Assembly (NCBI GenBank): GCA_965662355.1
Contig: CBFIHP010000007.1
Location: 218,859-282,858 of the forward strand
Length of the DNA: 64,000 bases
Direction of reading: 5' to 3'
Source: Planctomycetota bacterium
GTDB taxonomy: Bacteria; Planctomycetota; UBA1135; GCA-002686595
Shown: in pieces, positions 35,868 to 45,588 of the stretch
How the letters are laid out: each line of letters opens with the position of its first letter
Numbering within the stretch: position 1 is the first letter of the stretch
Translations under genes and position numbers: made by a program
The notes under the pieces: generated by a model
What the model was told of the DNA's origin: nothing
What the model saw: the letters and a program-made list of their open reading frames with translations, nothing else
The model's database searches: none

Positions 35868-36842
35868 CTAGGCGGGGAGTTCGAACACCGTGGCGCGGGT
35901 CTCCTCGGCGAGGAGTCCAGCCCCCTGGGAGACTTGCCAGGCGATGCGCTCGTCGAGCCCGGGCAGGGTCATCTCGCCGAGGCTACGCCCCGAGAGACCG
36001 TCTCGCACGGCCAGCATGGCGCCATTGGCGACGTAGAGCTTGCCGCTGTCCATCGAGATGCTCGTGTCGAGGAGCTCGTCTGCTTCCTCGCCGAGGGCCT
36101 CCCGCCAGAGCGGATAGGCCTCGTCGCCATCGGTCCGGAAGGCCTCGAGACGGATCTCCTCGGGCCCCGAAGGACGGTGCATGGTCGGAACACGGTTGCC
36201 GACGAGCAGGACCATGAGCCCCTCGCCGCAGACCATGTCGTGGATTACCGGATACTCGGGCTCGGCAAACTGGCTGACGAAATCGCCGCTTTCGACGTCC
36301 AGGCGCAGGATGCCCTGGCGCTTGCGATTACCGTCGGTGTACACGAGGTACACGTGGGGCCCGACGCGGCTGATGATGTGGTAGCGCTCATCGAGCCGCG
36401 AGAAGCTCCAGACTTCGAACATCGGCGAGGTCATGATGCCTGCGACACGGCCCGGTGTGACGGTGACACACATGTCGCCGCCCACGATGGCCTGGTCGAA
36501 GGCCTGGATCTCGCTGGCGCCGATCAGCTCGCCCGCCTCCAGGTTCATGCGAGCGATGCGGTGCCCGGCGCTGCTGGGCCCGAGCACGACGATGTCATCC
36601 TCGTCCCCCAGTCCGGCCCCGAAGCCGCGGCCGTAGCCGACCTCGCAGGGCGAGACCCACAGGGGCTCTCCGCTGGTGCGGTCGAAGGCCCCGAGCTTGC
36701 CGGGGATCACGTCATCGATCCACTTGCCCCCCGCGGGGGGGTCGTAGCCGTGAAGGAACACCGGCCCCGACCCGCCGATGGCAATCCCGTCGATCTCTCC
36801 CTGGAACTCACGGCTCCAACGCCTGCGTGCTGTGCGCGCCAT
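35868..36842 (-). CDS. Hypothetical protein, possibly beta-propeller-like.
   Basis: The frame has high-GC3 codon usage. The start is chosen at MARTARRRWSREFQGEIDGIAIGG (complement of 36840-36842), with the track alternative at 36875. I see no diagnostic motif. Confidence 0.55.
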   Translation of the reverse strand: MARTARRRWSREFQGEIDGIAIGGSGPVFLHGYDPPAGGKWIDDVIPGKLGAFDRTSGEPLWVSPCEVGYGRGFGAGLGDEDDIVVLGPSSAGHRIARMNLEAGELIGASEIQAFDQAIVGGDMCVTVTPGRVAGIMTSPMFEVWSFSRLDERYHIISRVGPHVYLVYTDGNRKRQGILRLDVESGDFVSQFAEPEYPVIHDMVCGEGLMVLLVGNRVPTMHRPSGPEEIRLEAFRTDGDEAYPLWREALGEEADELLDTSISMDSGKLYVANGAMLAVRDGLSGRSLGEMTLPGLDERIAWQVSQGAGLLAEETRATVFELPA

Positions 36843-36913
36843 GGCGGAATGGTACGAACTTTGGGGCCCAGACAAACATTTCGGGCCCCAACAGTAGCGC
36901 AGTTTCTTGCCGA

Positions 36914-39019
36914 CTAACCCTCGAGGATCTTGGTGGCGAGGGCACGGGGCACCGGGCGGTACTCCTCGAGCTCCATCGAGTAGGAGCCGCGCCCCTGGGT
37001 GGCCCCACGCAGGGCGGAGGAATAGGCGAACATCTCGGCGATGGGGACGAAACCGCGGACGATACGCTGATCGTCCAGGGACTCGATCTCCTTCACCTCA
37101 CCCCGCCGGGAGTTGAGATCGCCGACGACGCTGCCGAGGAATTCCTCGGGCGCGCGGACCTCGATCTTCATGATCGGCTCGAGCAGGGTCGTGTTGCCCT
37201 GGATCGCCTCGCGGAAGCCGTGAACGCCGGAGGCATGGAAGGCCAGTTCGCTGGAGTCGACGTCGTGGGCCTTGCCATCGAACAGCACGGCGCGCACGTT
37301 CACGAAGGGGTACCCGGTCTTGCCGCCGCCGGCGATGGCCGCGCGGATACCGGCTTCGACCGCCGGGATGTACTCGCGGGGGACGTTGCCGCCCTTGACC
37401 TCGTTGACGAACTCGAGCGCACCGTCCTCGGGCTGGCCGATCTCGAAGCGTAGGTTGGAAACGGCGAACTGACCCTTACCGCCGGACTGGCGGACGTACC
37501 GCGATTCAATCTCGCGCGGTTTGGTCAGCATTTGCTTGTAAGCGACCTTCGGACGACCCGTGAGGACGTTGCAGTTGAACTCACCCTGGATGCGGTTGAC
37601 GACGACTTCGAGGTGCAGCTCGCCCATGCCGGAGATGACGAGTTCGCCCGTCTCATCGTCCGAGCGGGCCCGGAAGGTCGGATCTTCGCGCATCATGCGC
37701 CCGATGACTTCCGAGAGCTTGTCGCGGTCCACCGACTTCTTGGGCTCGATCGACATCGAGATGACAGATTCGGGGAACTTTATCTCCGAGAGCTGGATCG
37801 GATGGTCGTCGTCACAGAGCGTGTCGCCGGTCACCGTGCGCTTGAGGCCCAGAACGGCAGCGATGCCGCCGGCGGGGATGCTGTCCACCTGCTGGCGCTT
37901 GTCGGCGTGGACCTGAACGAGTCGACCGATGCGCTCGTGCTTTCTCGTGCGCGGGTTGTAGAGCTTCTGGCCCTTCTCGAGGACACCCGAGTAGACGCGC
38001 ACGAAAGTCAGGTCGCCGGTGGACTCGGCGATCGTCTTGAAGGCCATCAAGCAAAGCGGGTCGCCGTCGTCGGCATTGCGCACCTCGGGCTCGTCCGTCT
38101 TGGGGTTGATGCCTTCGATCGGGGGGATGTCGACCGGGCTCGGAAGATAGTCGAGCACGGCGTCCATCAGGAAGCGCACGCCCTTGTCCTTCAGGGCCGA
38201 ACCGCAGAGCACCGGGGTGATCTCCATGTTGAGCGTGCCGGTGCGAATCGCGCGTTGAAGCAGGTCGACCGGGACCTCTTCGTCTTCGACGAAAAGGTCC
38301 AAGAGCTCCTCGTCGAACTCGGCCGCGGTCTCGCATAGCTCGTGGCGATGCATTTCGACGTCTTCGCGCAACGACTCGGGGATCGGCACCTCGTGGTAGG
38401 CACGGCCCGAGCTTTCGTCATCGAACTCGTACATCTTCATGGCGACGAGATCGACGATGCCGTTGAAGTCCTTCTCGGTGCCGACGGGCATCTGCAAGGT
38501 GATGGGGCGCGCGCCCAGGCGATCGACGATGCTCTGGATGGCCTTGTAGTAGTCCGCTCCGACGCGGTCCATCTTGTTGATCAGGCAAATTCGGGGCACC
38601 CGATAGCGGTCGGCTTGGCGCCAGACCGTCTCCGATTGGGCCTCGACGCCGGAAACGGCGTCGAAGACGGCAACCGCGCCATCGAGAACACGCAGCGAGC
38701 GCTCGACCTCGGCCGTGAAGTCGACGTGGCCGGGCGTGTCGATGATGTTGACCTCGTGCTCCTTCCACTCGACGCTCGTCGCTGCCGATTGGATCGTGAT
38801 GCCGCGTTCGCGCTCTTCCTCGAGGAAGTCCATGGTCGCCTTCCCGTCGTGGACCTCACCGGTTCGGTGGATCTTCGCCGAGAGAAACAGTATCCGTTCG
38901 GTTACCGTGGTCTTGCCGGCATCGATGTGGGCCATGATGCCGATGTTGCGACGACGGCGGAGACCACCATCAGTTGGCGGGGTTTGGGAGCGGAGCTTGT
39001 CTTGGACGGCGGGTGCCAT
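36914..39019 (-). CDS. fusA: Elongation factor G (stand-alone paralog, not in an rpsL-rpsG-fusA-tuf context).
   Basis: The G domain is NIGIMAHIDAGKTTVTERILF, DTPGHVDF, NKMD. EF-G domains II-V are recognisable (for example GDLTFVRVYSG and the domain IV loop). The start is at MAPAVQDKLRSQ (complement of 39017-39019). The track ORF continues 195 bp further upstream without similarity. Confidence 0.9.
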   Translation of the reverse strand: MAPAVQDKLRSQTPPTDGGLRRRRNIGIMAHIDAGKTTVTERILFLSAKIHRTGEVHDGKATMDFLEEERERGITIQSAATSVEWKEHEVNIIDTPGHVDFTAEVERSLRVLDGAVAVFDAVSGVEAQSETVWRQADRYRVPRICLINKMDRVGADYYKAIQSIVDRLGARPITLQMPVGTEKDFNGIVDLVAMKMYEFDDESSGRAYHEVPIPESLREDVEMHRHELCETAAEFDEELLDLFVEDEEVPVDLLQRAIRTGTLNMEITPVLCGSALKDKGVRFLMDAVLDYLPSPVDIPPIEGINPKTDEPEVRNADDGDPLCLMAFKTIAESTGDLTFVRVYSGVLEKGQKLYNPRTRKHERIGRLVQVHADKRQQVDSIPAGGIAAVLGLKRTVTGDTLCDDDHPIQLSEIKFPESVISMSIEPKKSVDRDKLSEVIGRMMREDPTFRARSDDETGELVISGMGELHLEVVVNRIQGEFNCNVLTGRPKVAYKQMLTKPREIESRYVRQSGGKGQFAVSNLRFEIGQPEDGALEFVNEVKGGNVPREYIPAVEAGIRAAIAGGGKTGYPFVNVRAVLFDGKAHDVDSSELAFHASGVHGFREAIQGNTTLLEPIMKIEVRAPEEFLGSVVGDLNSRRGEVKEIESLDDQRIVRGFVPIAEMFAYSSALRGATQGRGSYSMELEEYRPVPRALATKILEG

Positions 39020-39214
39020 GGTGATGAAGGAGGTAGGAGCGATCTGCCCACTAGAGAGGATCGGAGAGGCCGGATGTCGGGGCCTTCTGCCGGCAAAAAG
39101 CGGAGGGTTTCGAATCAAGGAGAAGCGCCCTTTCGGACGGATCCCCCCACGATTTGAGCGAACTAGCCTAGTCCGGGCCCAATTGGTGTCAATGACCCCA
39201 GAGCAAGCTTTCAC

Positions 39215-40027
39215 TTAATGTTCGGAAACAGGCGAATTGTCAGCCTGCGCAGAAACAATTGTTCCGAGCCGCAATTCGCCTTTCTCGACACGTCTACCGT
39301 CCTCCAAATAGCTGGAGAAGCGCATGGGAATGCCCTCGGAGGAGGGATCGTGCAGGTAGAGATCGAGACGATCCGTGCGCCCGAGATGGGTGCCGGCACC
39401 GAGCGAGTCCCCTACCTCGACGGCCAGCCCTTCGCGTTCGATACCGCGCAGGACCAGGGCCTCCTCGGGGGCGACGTCGAGCACCATCACGAGACGCTCT
39501 TCGAAGCCGGGGACGGCATCGATCGCCCGCACCGTGGCGGCGCAGGGCGCGAGCACCTCGCCCGCCTCGGTCCGTTGCAGACCCACCCCAAAACGGGTTT
39601 CGGGCCGCAAGACCAGGGGATTCTCGCGATACCGGTTCCCGGCGAAGATCACCGACCACTCCTCGGAAAAGGGCAACTGGAAGGTGACGAGGCTGGCGTG
39701 CCCCTCGTGGGAGGAGGGATAGGGAAAGGGAAAGACCGACCACCAAAGGCAGGCCGACAGGGCGATCCAGCCCTTCAGCCGTCCGCGCTGGAGCAGCGGC
39801 AGGTGCGTCGCTCCCCACACGAGCGAGATCGCGAGCAAGAGCGCCGCCAGCAAACCGGGCACGAACCACAGCCCGTAGATCTGCACCGGCCGCTCTCCCC
39901 CCGGGCGCAGGGCGAGGTAGAGGGTCATGCACGCGGCGAGGCCACACACCGAAAACCCGAGCTTGGCCCAGAGCTCGTAGGTCTCCGTGGCGGGCGCCAG
40001 CGTTTCTTTCGACGAGGAGGAACTCAC
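39215..40027 (-). CDS. Hypothetical membrane protein (N-terminal TM helices plus a soluble C-terminal domain).
   Basis: There are three or four hydrophobic helices. The start overlaps the HMG-CoA reductase stop by 4 nt (ATGA-type coupling). Confidence 0.55.
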   Translation of the reverse strand: MSSSSSKETLAPATETYELWAKLGFSVCGLAACMTLYLALRPGGERPVQIYGLWFVPGLLAALLLAISLVWGATHLPLLQRGRLKGWIALSACLWWSVFPFPYPSSHEGHASLVTFQLPFSEEWSVIFAGNRYRENPLVLRPETRFGVGLQRTEAGEVLAPCAATVRAIDAVPGFEERLVMVLDVAPEEALVLRGIEREGLAVEVGDSLGAGTHLGRTDRLDLYLHDPSSEGIPMRFSSYLEDGRRVEKGELRLGTIVSAQADNSPVSEH

Positions 40028-41223
40028 GTGTCACTCCCCGAGGGCCGATTGCGTCCGAGCTTCTCGTGGGCTGCGACAAACTCGTGGGTGCAGAAAGAGG
40101 CCAGGAGCGAGAGATCTCCGGCCAGAATCGTCGCCGCCAGGATCTCGGCGAAGGGGTTCGCGCCGCCCTTGCCGCGCACACCGAGCAGGTCGAGGCACTC
40201 CGCGGCCGTCCCCTGACCGGATCCTCCCCCGACCGTGCCAACCAAGAGGCAGGGCAGGTAAGCGCTGGCGTAGAGATCTCCCGCGTCGGTCTCCTCGAAG
40301 TCCAGAAGCCCGGTTGCACTTTCCGTCAAGTACGCCACGTCCTGTCCGCAAGCGATCATCACCGCCGCCAGCCCATTGGCCGATTGCACCAGCTGGTTTT
40401 CGGTCGAGAGCCGCGCGAACCCAACCTGATAGGTGCGGTGGATGCGCACGAGATCGGCCGGCGCCACGCGCAGGATCGCGCGCAGCTCGGAGGCGGGAAT
40501 CGTCACATCGCAAACGACCGAACGACCGCGGCCAGTCAGAAAGCTGGAGGCGTTGGCGCGCTTCTCGACGTCTTCGCCATGGACATAGCGCTCGGTGGGA
40601 TCGGTCTCTTCCGCCAGCAGGTTGGAGGCCAACTCGGCCGCGTGGGCCGCCATGTTGATCCCGATCGCATCCGCCGTTTCAAACCCCAAGCGCAGGATCA
40701 GGCGCCGGCCGATCGGTTCGGGGACGACGTCCAGCAGCTTGCCGTGGGAGGTGATCCCGCGGGTCAGCTCACGCATGCGCGGCACGAGCTCGCGCGCGAC
40801 GCGGGCCGCATCGACGGCATCGGAGGCGCTTCGGTAAACGAGTACGGGATGCTGGGAGAGCCGCTCCTGAACAACGCGCGCACGCGCTGGAGTGCCAGCG
40901 TTCATGGCCTTCATCCCGCGCGAGTAGGAAGCCACCATCGCGCCCTCGGTCGTCGCCATCGGGACGCACACTTCGCGCACACCTTGGGACGTGTCCACCA
41001 CGAGCGGTCCGGCCAGTCCAACGGGAACCTGCGCGTAACCCACGAGGTTCTCCACGTTGCCGCGCGCCTGGTCGAGGGGCACGGGCTTGCCGGCCAGGTG
41101 TTCGAGAGGGCGGCCGGTCAGACTCGTGCACAGCTCGCGTCGGGCGGCGATCGCTTCGCTGGAATAGTCGTCCTCGCTGGAGCGCGGAATTATCAGGCGG
41201 GGTCGTTTCGGGGAACTCATCAC
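40024..41223 (-). CDS. 3-hydroxy-3-methylglutaryl-CoA reductase (class I-like catalytic domain).
   Basis: ENLVGYAQVPVGLAGPLVVD, VPMATTEGAMVASYSRGMKAM, DAIGINMAAHAAE and VGTVGGGSGQG are conserved HMGR catalytic motifs. TTEGxLVAS is class I-type. Confidence 0.85.
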   Translation of the reverse strand: MMSSPKRPRLIIPRSSEDDYSSEAIAARRELCTSLTGRPLEHLAGKPVPLDQARGNVENLVGYAQVPVGLAGPLVVDTSQGVREVCVPMATTEGAMVASYSRGMKAMNAGTPARARVVQERLSQHPVLVYRSASDAVDAARVARELVPRMRELTRGITSHGKLLDVVPEPIGRRLILRLGFETADAIGINMAAHAAELASNLLAEETDPTERYVHGEDVEKRANASSFLTGRGRSVVCDVTIPASELRAILRVAPADLVRIHRTYQVGFARLSTENQLVQSANGLAAVMIACGQDVAYLTESATGLLDFEETDAGDLYASAYLPCLLVGTVGGGSGQGTAAECLDLLGVRGKGGANPFAEILAATILAGDLSLLASFCTHEFVAAHEKLGRNRPSGSDT

Positions 41224-41269
41224 TTCTTCCGCGAAGCTTGATGGGTCACCCCGGCACTCGCGCGGGGAG

Positions 41270-41313
41270 ATTAAAAAGAAATGGGGCTGGAGGAGGAAGG
41301 ACGCTCCAGCCCC
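41270..41313 (-). terminator. Terminator-like hairpin with a T-tract on the minus strand, upstream of the HMGR gene.
   Basis: A perfect 10-bp stem GGGGCTGGAG/CTCCAGCCCC (41283-41313) has an 11-nt loop. On the minus strand it is followed by ATTTCTTTTTAAT. No annotated minus-strand gene ends here. Confidence 0.35.
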
Positions 41314-41586
41314 AGGATCCAGCGGACTCCATCCCTAGGAGGCCATCACGAAGCACGTTTCCGAACGTCGGCCCGCTTCTCGTCTCTCAGGCGGTTTCCA
41401 AGTGAGGAGGGTATCGGGGGAGGAAACCTTGCTAGGAGCCGACGCTCGCTCTTTTTCCGCTGGTTCCTTTCCCCTCCTCTAGGGCCCCCCAACAGGGTTT
41501 TTCAACCCCGTTTCCAGGGAAGAAGAGCTCCCGCTCGCTGCCGGAGCCTTGCGAATCAAGCACCTTGCCGCTGAACTCGTCCCGCT

Positions 41587-42054
41587 ATGCCCCCCGGAGC
41601 CGCAATGCGAGAAGCCCTGCGCTTGGCACGCGAATCCATCGACTCGGGCGGTGGCCCCTTCGGCGCCGTCGTCGTCCGCGGCGACGATATCGTGGGCCGC
41701 GGCCGCAACCGGGTCGTCGAGAGCCAGGACCCCACCGCCCACGCCGAGGTCCTGGCCATCCGGGACGCCGCCCGCACCCTCGGGACCCACGACCTGGCAG
41801 ATTGCACGATCTATACCAGCTGCGAGCCCTGCCCCATGTGCCTCGCCGCGATCTACTGGGCCCGCCTGGGACAGGTCGTCTACGGAGCGCTACGCACGGA
41901 CGCTGCCGCGGTAGGCTTCGACGATGAACTCATCTACGAGGAAATCGCCCTGCCCCCGGAAAAGCGCAAGGTGGCCTTCGAGCGCGAAGGCCAGGCCGAG
42001 GCCCTCGAGGTGCTCGAAGCCTGGAAGCGGAAGCCCGATCGGCTGGAGTACTAG
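41587..42054 (+). CDS. CDA-fold nucleoside/nucleotide deaminase (TadA/GuaD-like).
   Basis: The zinc-binding motifs HAEVLAIRDA and CEPCPMCLAAIYWARL are present (H-A-E ... PC-x2-C). Confidence 0.8.
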   Translation: MPPGAAMREALRLARESIDSGGGPFGAVVVRGDDIVGRGRNRVVESQDPTAHAEVLAIRDAARTLGTHDLADCTIYTSCEPCPMCLAAIYWARLGQVVYGALRTDAAAVGFDDELIYEEIALPPEKRKVAFEREGQAEALEVLEAWKRKPDRLEY

Positions 42055-42179
42055 AGACGAGCAATACGCTCGTCCCGGCGCTGTGTGGTTCTAAACCTCG
42101 GCGGGTCGTCGAAGAGTGGTGCGGCACTTTCGAGAGCAAGAACTGCGGGTGGTGTGCGACTCCGTAGCGGACGTATCTC

Positions 42180-44660
42180 CTACCCCGCTGACAAGATCGC
42201 GCGGAAGAGCAGCTGGAACGTGCCGTGGGACCAGCCGCGGTATTGGGGGCGGAAGCCGAAAAGGTGGACCTGGCCTTTGCCGTGGTGCATGCGCATCCAG
42301 GCTGCCTTGCCGGCGATGGCATCGGGGTTGCGAATCCAACCCGAGAGCAAGACGCGGCTCGGGGCGTAGCGGAGGAGCACCTCGCCTGCCTCCTCGTTCT
42401 TCTTGGCGTCTGCCTCTTCGAATTCCCAGGCGACCGAGCGCGAGAAAAAGAGTGCCATCGACTCCGGCAATCCCGCGAGAAGCTCGTGATCCTCAGGCAC
42501 CGCGCGCAGGACGCTGCCGGGGCACGAGAAGTTGGCGGCATCATCGCCACGCGTGACGTTCTTCAGGGGGAAGTCGAACAGATCGACGGCCCAGGAAGCG
42601 CTGCTGCCGATACAGATGAGCGTTCCACCGGCGCGCACGAAGTCGTCGAGCGCTGCGGTTCCCTCGGGCTCCAGCCCGCGTGTGTATTCCGGTGGCACGC
42701 TGCCGGGCGAGCGGCCGGCGTCCATGGAGCGCCCGGAGATGCTCGCGATCACGAGCACGTCCAGGAAGTCGTGCAACGAACCCGCACGAATCATCTCGTT
42801 GCGCACCGAGGTGTACGGCACGTCGAAGGTGTCGAGCACATAGCGCGCCCAGCCCTCGTCCATGCTGCCCGCCCACGGTGAATAGAGTCCGACCCGCGGT
42901 AGCGTCTCGAAGCGCTGCCCGGGAGTTTCCGACCCGGGCTCGAGCACCTGTAGCTTGCCAGCCTCGGTGAGCTCGACTTGCTGGCCGGCGCCCAGCCATT
43001 CGATGCTCTTGCGCCAAGCATCGGAGTCGCGACTGTCCAGCTCGGTAGCGGTGCTCTGACCGGAAAAGCCCGCCATGGCCACGGAAGGGGCATCCGCCGG
43101 TCGCGTACGCACGTCCAGCTCGCCCATGACCTCGACCCGGCGCACGCCCATGAGCAAGGGCAGACTCCAGCCGGCGACGTCGTACGGCGGATCGCCGTCG
43201 GGGTAGCGCTGGACTTCGAAGAGGTCTTTGACGTGCTGGCCGTAGGGCTGGTCACGGCGAATGACGATCGAACCTGCCGGCCACGGGCGGCCATCCGCCT
43301 TGAACTCCTCGCGAGCGACTCCGAGCTCGACCCCGGAGAGAAGCAGCGTGTCCAGCAAACGTCGCACGGCCCCAAGGTCGCGATTGTCGGAGGGCAGAAT
43401 CCAACCGCGCGGCGCGCCGCCCGAGGTCAGGTCGCTCCCCGCATCGATCGAGCGCTCCGACGCCTCGAGGGAATTCTTCAGCCAGAGCTTCGGCTCTCTG
43501 GAGATGCTGCCCACGACCGAGCGTCCGAAGGCGTGCTCGTAGTCGATGATGTCGCGAATACGCCACCACCCGCCCGGCCAGGGACTCGGGAAGCGGTTCG
43601 ACGGGGCATAGCCGTTGATCCCGCGCGGAGCGGACAGTTGCGACTTCGGCAGGAAGACCGGCGAGGCGACGTTCACCGAGGCCGCTTCGGTCAAGAGCCC
43701 GATGATGTTGTGACGCACGGGAACGTTGCGATTGCCTCCGTTCCACCACATGTCGTAGGTCACGCCCGTCGAGACGCCCGTGTACCCCTCCCGCGTCATG
43801 TCGAACATCGCGCGCGTTCCCAGCTGGCCGATGCCGGAGATGATCCCGGGATCAAGGTTCGGGTTCAACGGATCCCGGAAGGGCGGCACGAAGAAGCGTT
43901 CTCGCGAGCGACCCTGTTGATGCACATCCCAGTACACCTGTGGACGCCACTCTGAATACAGAAGCCGCGTCACGATTCGCGTTTCATTCTGCGAGAGCAT
44001 GAACCAGTCGCGGTTGTTGTCGTGCCCCGAGTAGTACTGATAGAGCTTCAAGAGCCCACTGGCCTCGTAGGGTGTTCCGACCGTCTCGCGATACCACGAA
44101 ACGACGTGGTCGAGCCCGTCGGGGTTGAGGCACGGCGCGATCAGACAGACCATCTCCTCGCGCGCGGACTTGTAGGGTTCCTCCTCACTCGTGGCCAGGA
44201 GGTGGGCGAACTCCATTCCGAATTGCGGTGCCGCTGTCTCGGTCGAGTGCATGCCGATCGAGATGAAGAGAATCGGCTTCGCCCTCGCGATCAACGCTTG
44301 CTTGTCCTCCGAATCGAGCCCCCGCGGGTCGGCGATGAGCCGGGCGGATTCACGCAGGCTCTCGAGGTTCGCCAGGTTGCTTGCGCTCGAGATGACCGCG
44401 AGCAGAAAGTCGCGCCCCTCGGTGGTCTCGCCGACTCTCTCGACGAGAACGCGCGAGCTCTCGCGACCTAATCGCTGGAAGTAGCCCGAGACCTCCTTCC
44501 AGTCCGCGAGCTCAAAGTCCTGCCCAACGGGGCGCCCCAGGTGCCCCGCGGGTGTCATGACCTCTTGCCCGGTGTTCGGAGCAGGCAGGGTCGAGCAGGA
44601 AGCGAGAAGGGAAACGAAGGGGGTGGCAAAGAGCCTGATCAGCACGCGGGATTCCTCCAT
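42180..44660 (-). CDS. M14-family zinc carboxypeptidase, probable lipoprotein, with a large C-terminal extension.
   Basis: HSTE is the zinc ligand HxxE. NPDG and HDNNRDW are M14 signatures. The N-terminus ...FVSLLASCSTL has a lipobox-like LASC. The protein is 826 aa. Confidence 0.8.
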   Translation of the reverse strand: MEESRVLIRLFATPFVSLLASCSTLPAPNTGQEVMTPAGHLGRPVGQDFELADWKEVSGYFQRLGRESSRVLVERVGETTEGRDFLLAVISSASNLANLESLRESARLIADPRGLDSEDKQALIARAKPILFISIGMHSTETAAPQFGMEFAHLLATSEEEPYKSAREEMVCLIAPCLNPDGLDHVVSWYRETVGTPYEASGLLKLYQYYSGHDNNRDWFMLSQNETRIVTRLLYSEWRPQVYWDVHQQGRSRERFFVPPFRDPLNPNLDPGIISGIGQLGTRAMFDMTREGYTGVSTGVTYDMWWNGGNRNVPVRHNIIGLLTEAASVNVASPVFLPKSQLSAPRGINGYAPSNRFPSPWPGGWWRIRDIIDYEHAFGRSVVGSISREPKLWLKNSLEASERSIDAGSDLTSGGAPRGWILPSDNRDLGAVRRLLDTLLLSGVELGVAREEFKADGRPWPAGSIVIRRDQPYGQHVKDLFEVQRYPDGDPPYDVAGWSLPLLMGVRRVEVMGELDVRTRPADAPSVAMAGFSGQSTATELDSRDSDAWRKSIEWLGAGQQVELTEAGKLQVLEPGSETPGQRFETLPRVGLYSPWAGSMDEGWARYVLDTFDVPYTSVRNEMIRAGSLHDFLDVLVIASISGRSMDAGRSPGSVPPEYTRGLEPEGTAALDDFVRAGGTLICIGSSASWAVDLFDFPLKNVTRGDDAANFSCPGSVLRAVPEDHELLAGLPESMALFFSRSVAWEFEEADAKKNEEAGEVLLRYAPSRVLLSGWIRNPDAIAGKAAWMRMHHGKGQVHLFGFRPQYRGWSHGTFQLLFRAILSAG

Positions 44661-44720
44661 CCTCGGGATGTGGCTGTTCGTGAGGCGGAATCCTAGCCGA
44701 ACACCCCTGCTTGGGTCACG

Positions 44721-45443
44721 TCATGCGCCCGCAGCCTTCTTGCGCCGGCTGCTCGCACGCAAGTTGAGAAGCTCGACCAGGATGGAAAAGCCCATGGCGA
44801 AGTAGATGTAAGCGCGGGACACGTGCACGCCGAAGCTCTCGGCGACGAGAAAGACACCGACCAGAAGGAGAAACGAGAGCGCAAGCATCTTCACCGTCGG
44901 GTGGCGTTCGATGAACCCCGAGACCGCCTTCGCACTGAAGATCATGAAACCGAGCGCGATAACGATCGCGGCGACCATGACGGGGACCTCGTCCACCATG
45001 CCGACGGCGGTGATGACCGAATCCAACGAAAAGACGATGTCGAGGACCAGGATCTGCAACAGCACCGAACCGAAGGTCGCCACCTTTGTCTCGCGGTCTC
45101 CGTGGCTTCCTTCCATCTCGTTGTGGATCTCGTGGGTCGCCTTGCCCAAGAGAAACAAACCGCCCGCCAGCAAGATCAGGTCACGCCCCGAAAAGTCCTG
45201 ATCGAGCACGGTGAAGAGGGTCGCTTCCAGACGCATGATCCAGCTGAGCGAGAGCAGCAACCCTACCCGCCCAAACAGCGCGAGCAGGAGTCCCAAGACG
45301 CGCGCTCGATTCTGCTGCTCGCTGGGGAGTTTGGACGCGAGGATCGAGATGAAGACGATGTTGTCGATGCCGAGGACGATCTCGAGGGCGGTCAAACTCG
45401 CGAGGGCGATCCAGGCGTGGGGGTCGGTCAACCAGTCCAACAC
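44721..45443 (-). CDS. TerC-family integral membrane protein.
   Basis: MLDWLTDPHAWIALASLTALEIVLGIDNIVFISILASKLP shows the conserved TerC GIDNxxF motif. The start is GTG. Confidence 0.85.
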   Translation of the reverse strand: MLDWLTDPHAWIALASLTALEIVLGIDNIVFISILASKLPSEQQNRARVLGLLLALFGRVGLLLSLSWIMRLEATLFTVLDQDFSGRDLILLAGGLFLLGKATHEIHNEMEGSHGDRETKVATFGSVLLQILVLDIVFSLDSVITAVGMVDEVPVMVAAIVIALGFMIFSAKAVSGFIERHPTVKMLALSFLLLVGVFLVAESFGVHVSRAYIYFAMGFSILVELLNLRASSRRKKAAGA

Positions 45444-45588
45444 GGAACTCCAGTGGGATGGAAACGGAGCGACGAGCGTGCTTCGAGGGCCCGTCGGGAA
45501 TGCAGCTCGTACACCGTCCCGCCCCCTTCGTTCAAGGAGATTGGGGCTTTCCCTGTTCCGACGGCCCAGGAGCTTGGCTCCTGATGGC

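Noticed and set aside
42057-42075. The hairpin GACGAGC-AATAC-GCTCGTC right after the deaminase stop, considered as a terminator.
   Set aside because: It is a perfect 7-bp stem but lacks a following T-tract on either strand. It may be a weak or rho-dependent signal and is not called.
45444-45588. Possible yybP-ykoY (Mn2+) riboswitch upstream of the TerC-family gene.
   Set aside because: I reverse-complemented the leader and found neither the GGAGAGUAG nor the CUGGAGAGACC conserved element. It would need cmscan to exclude fully.
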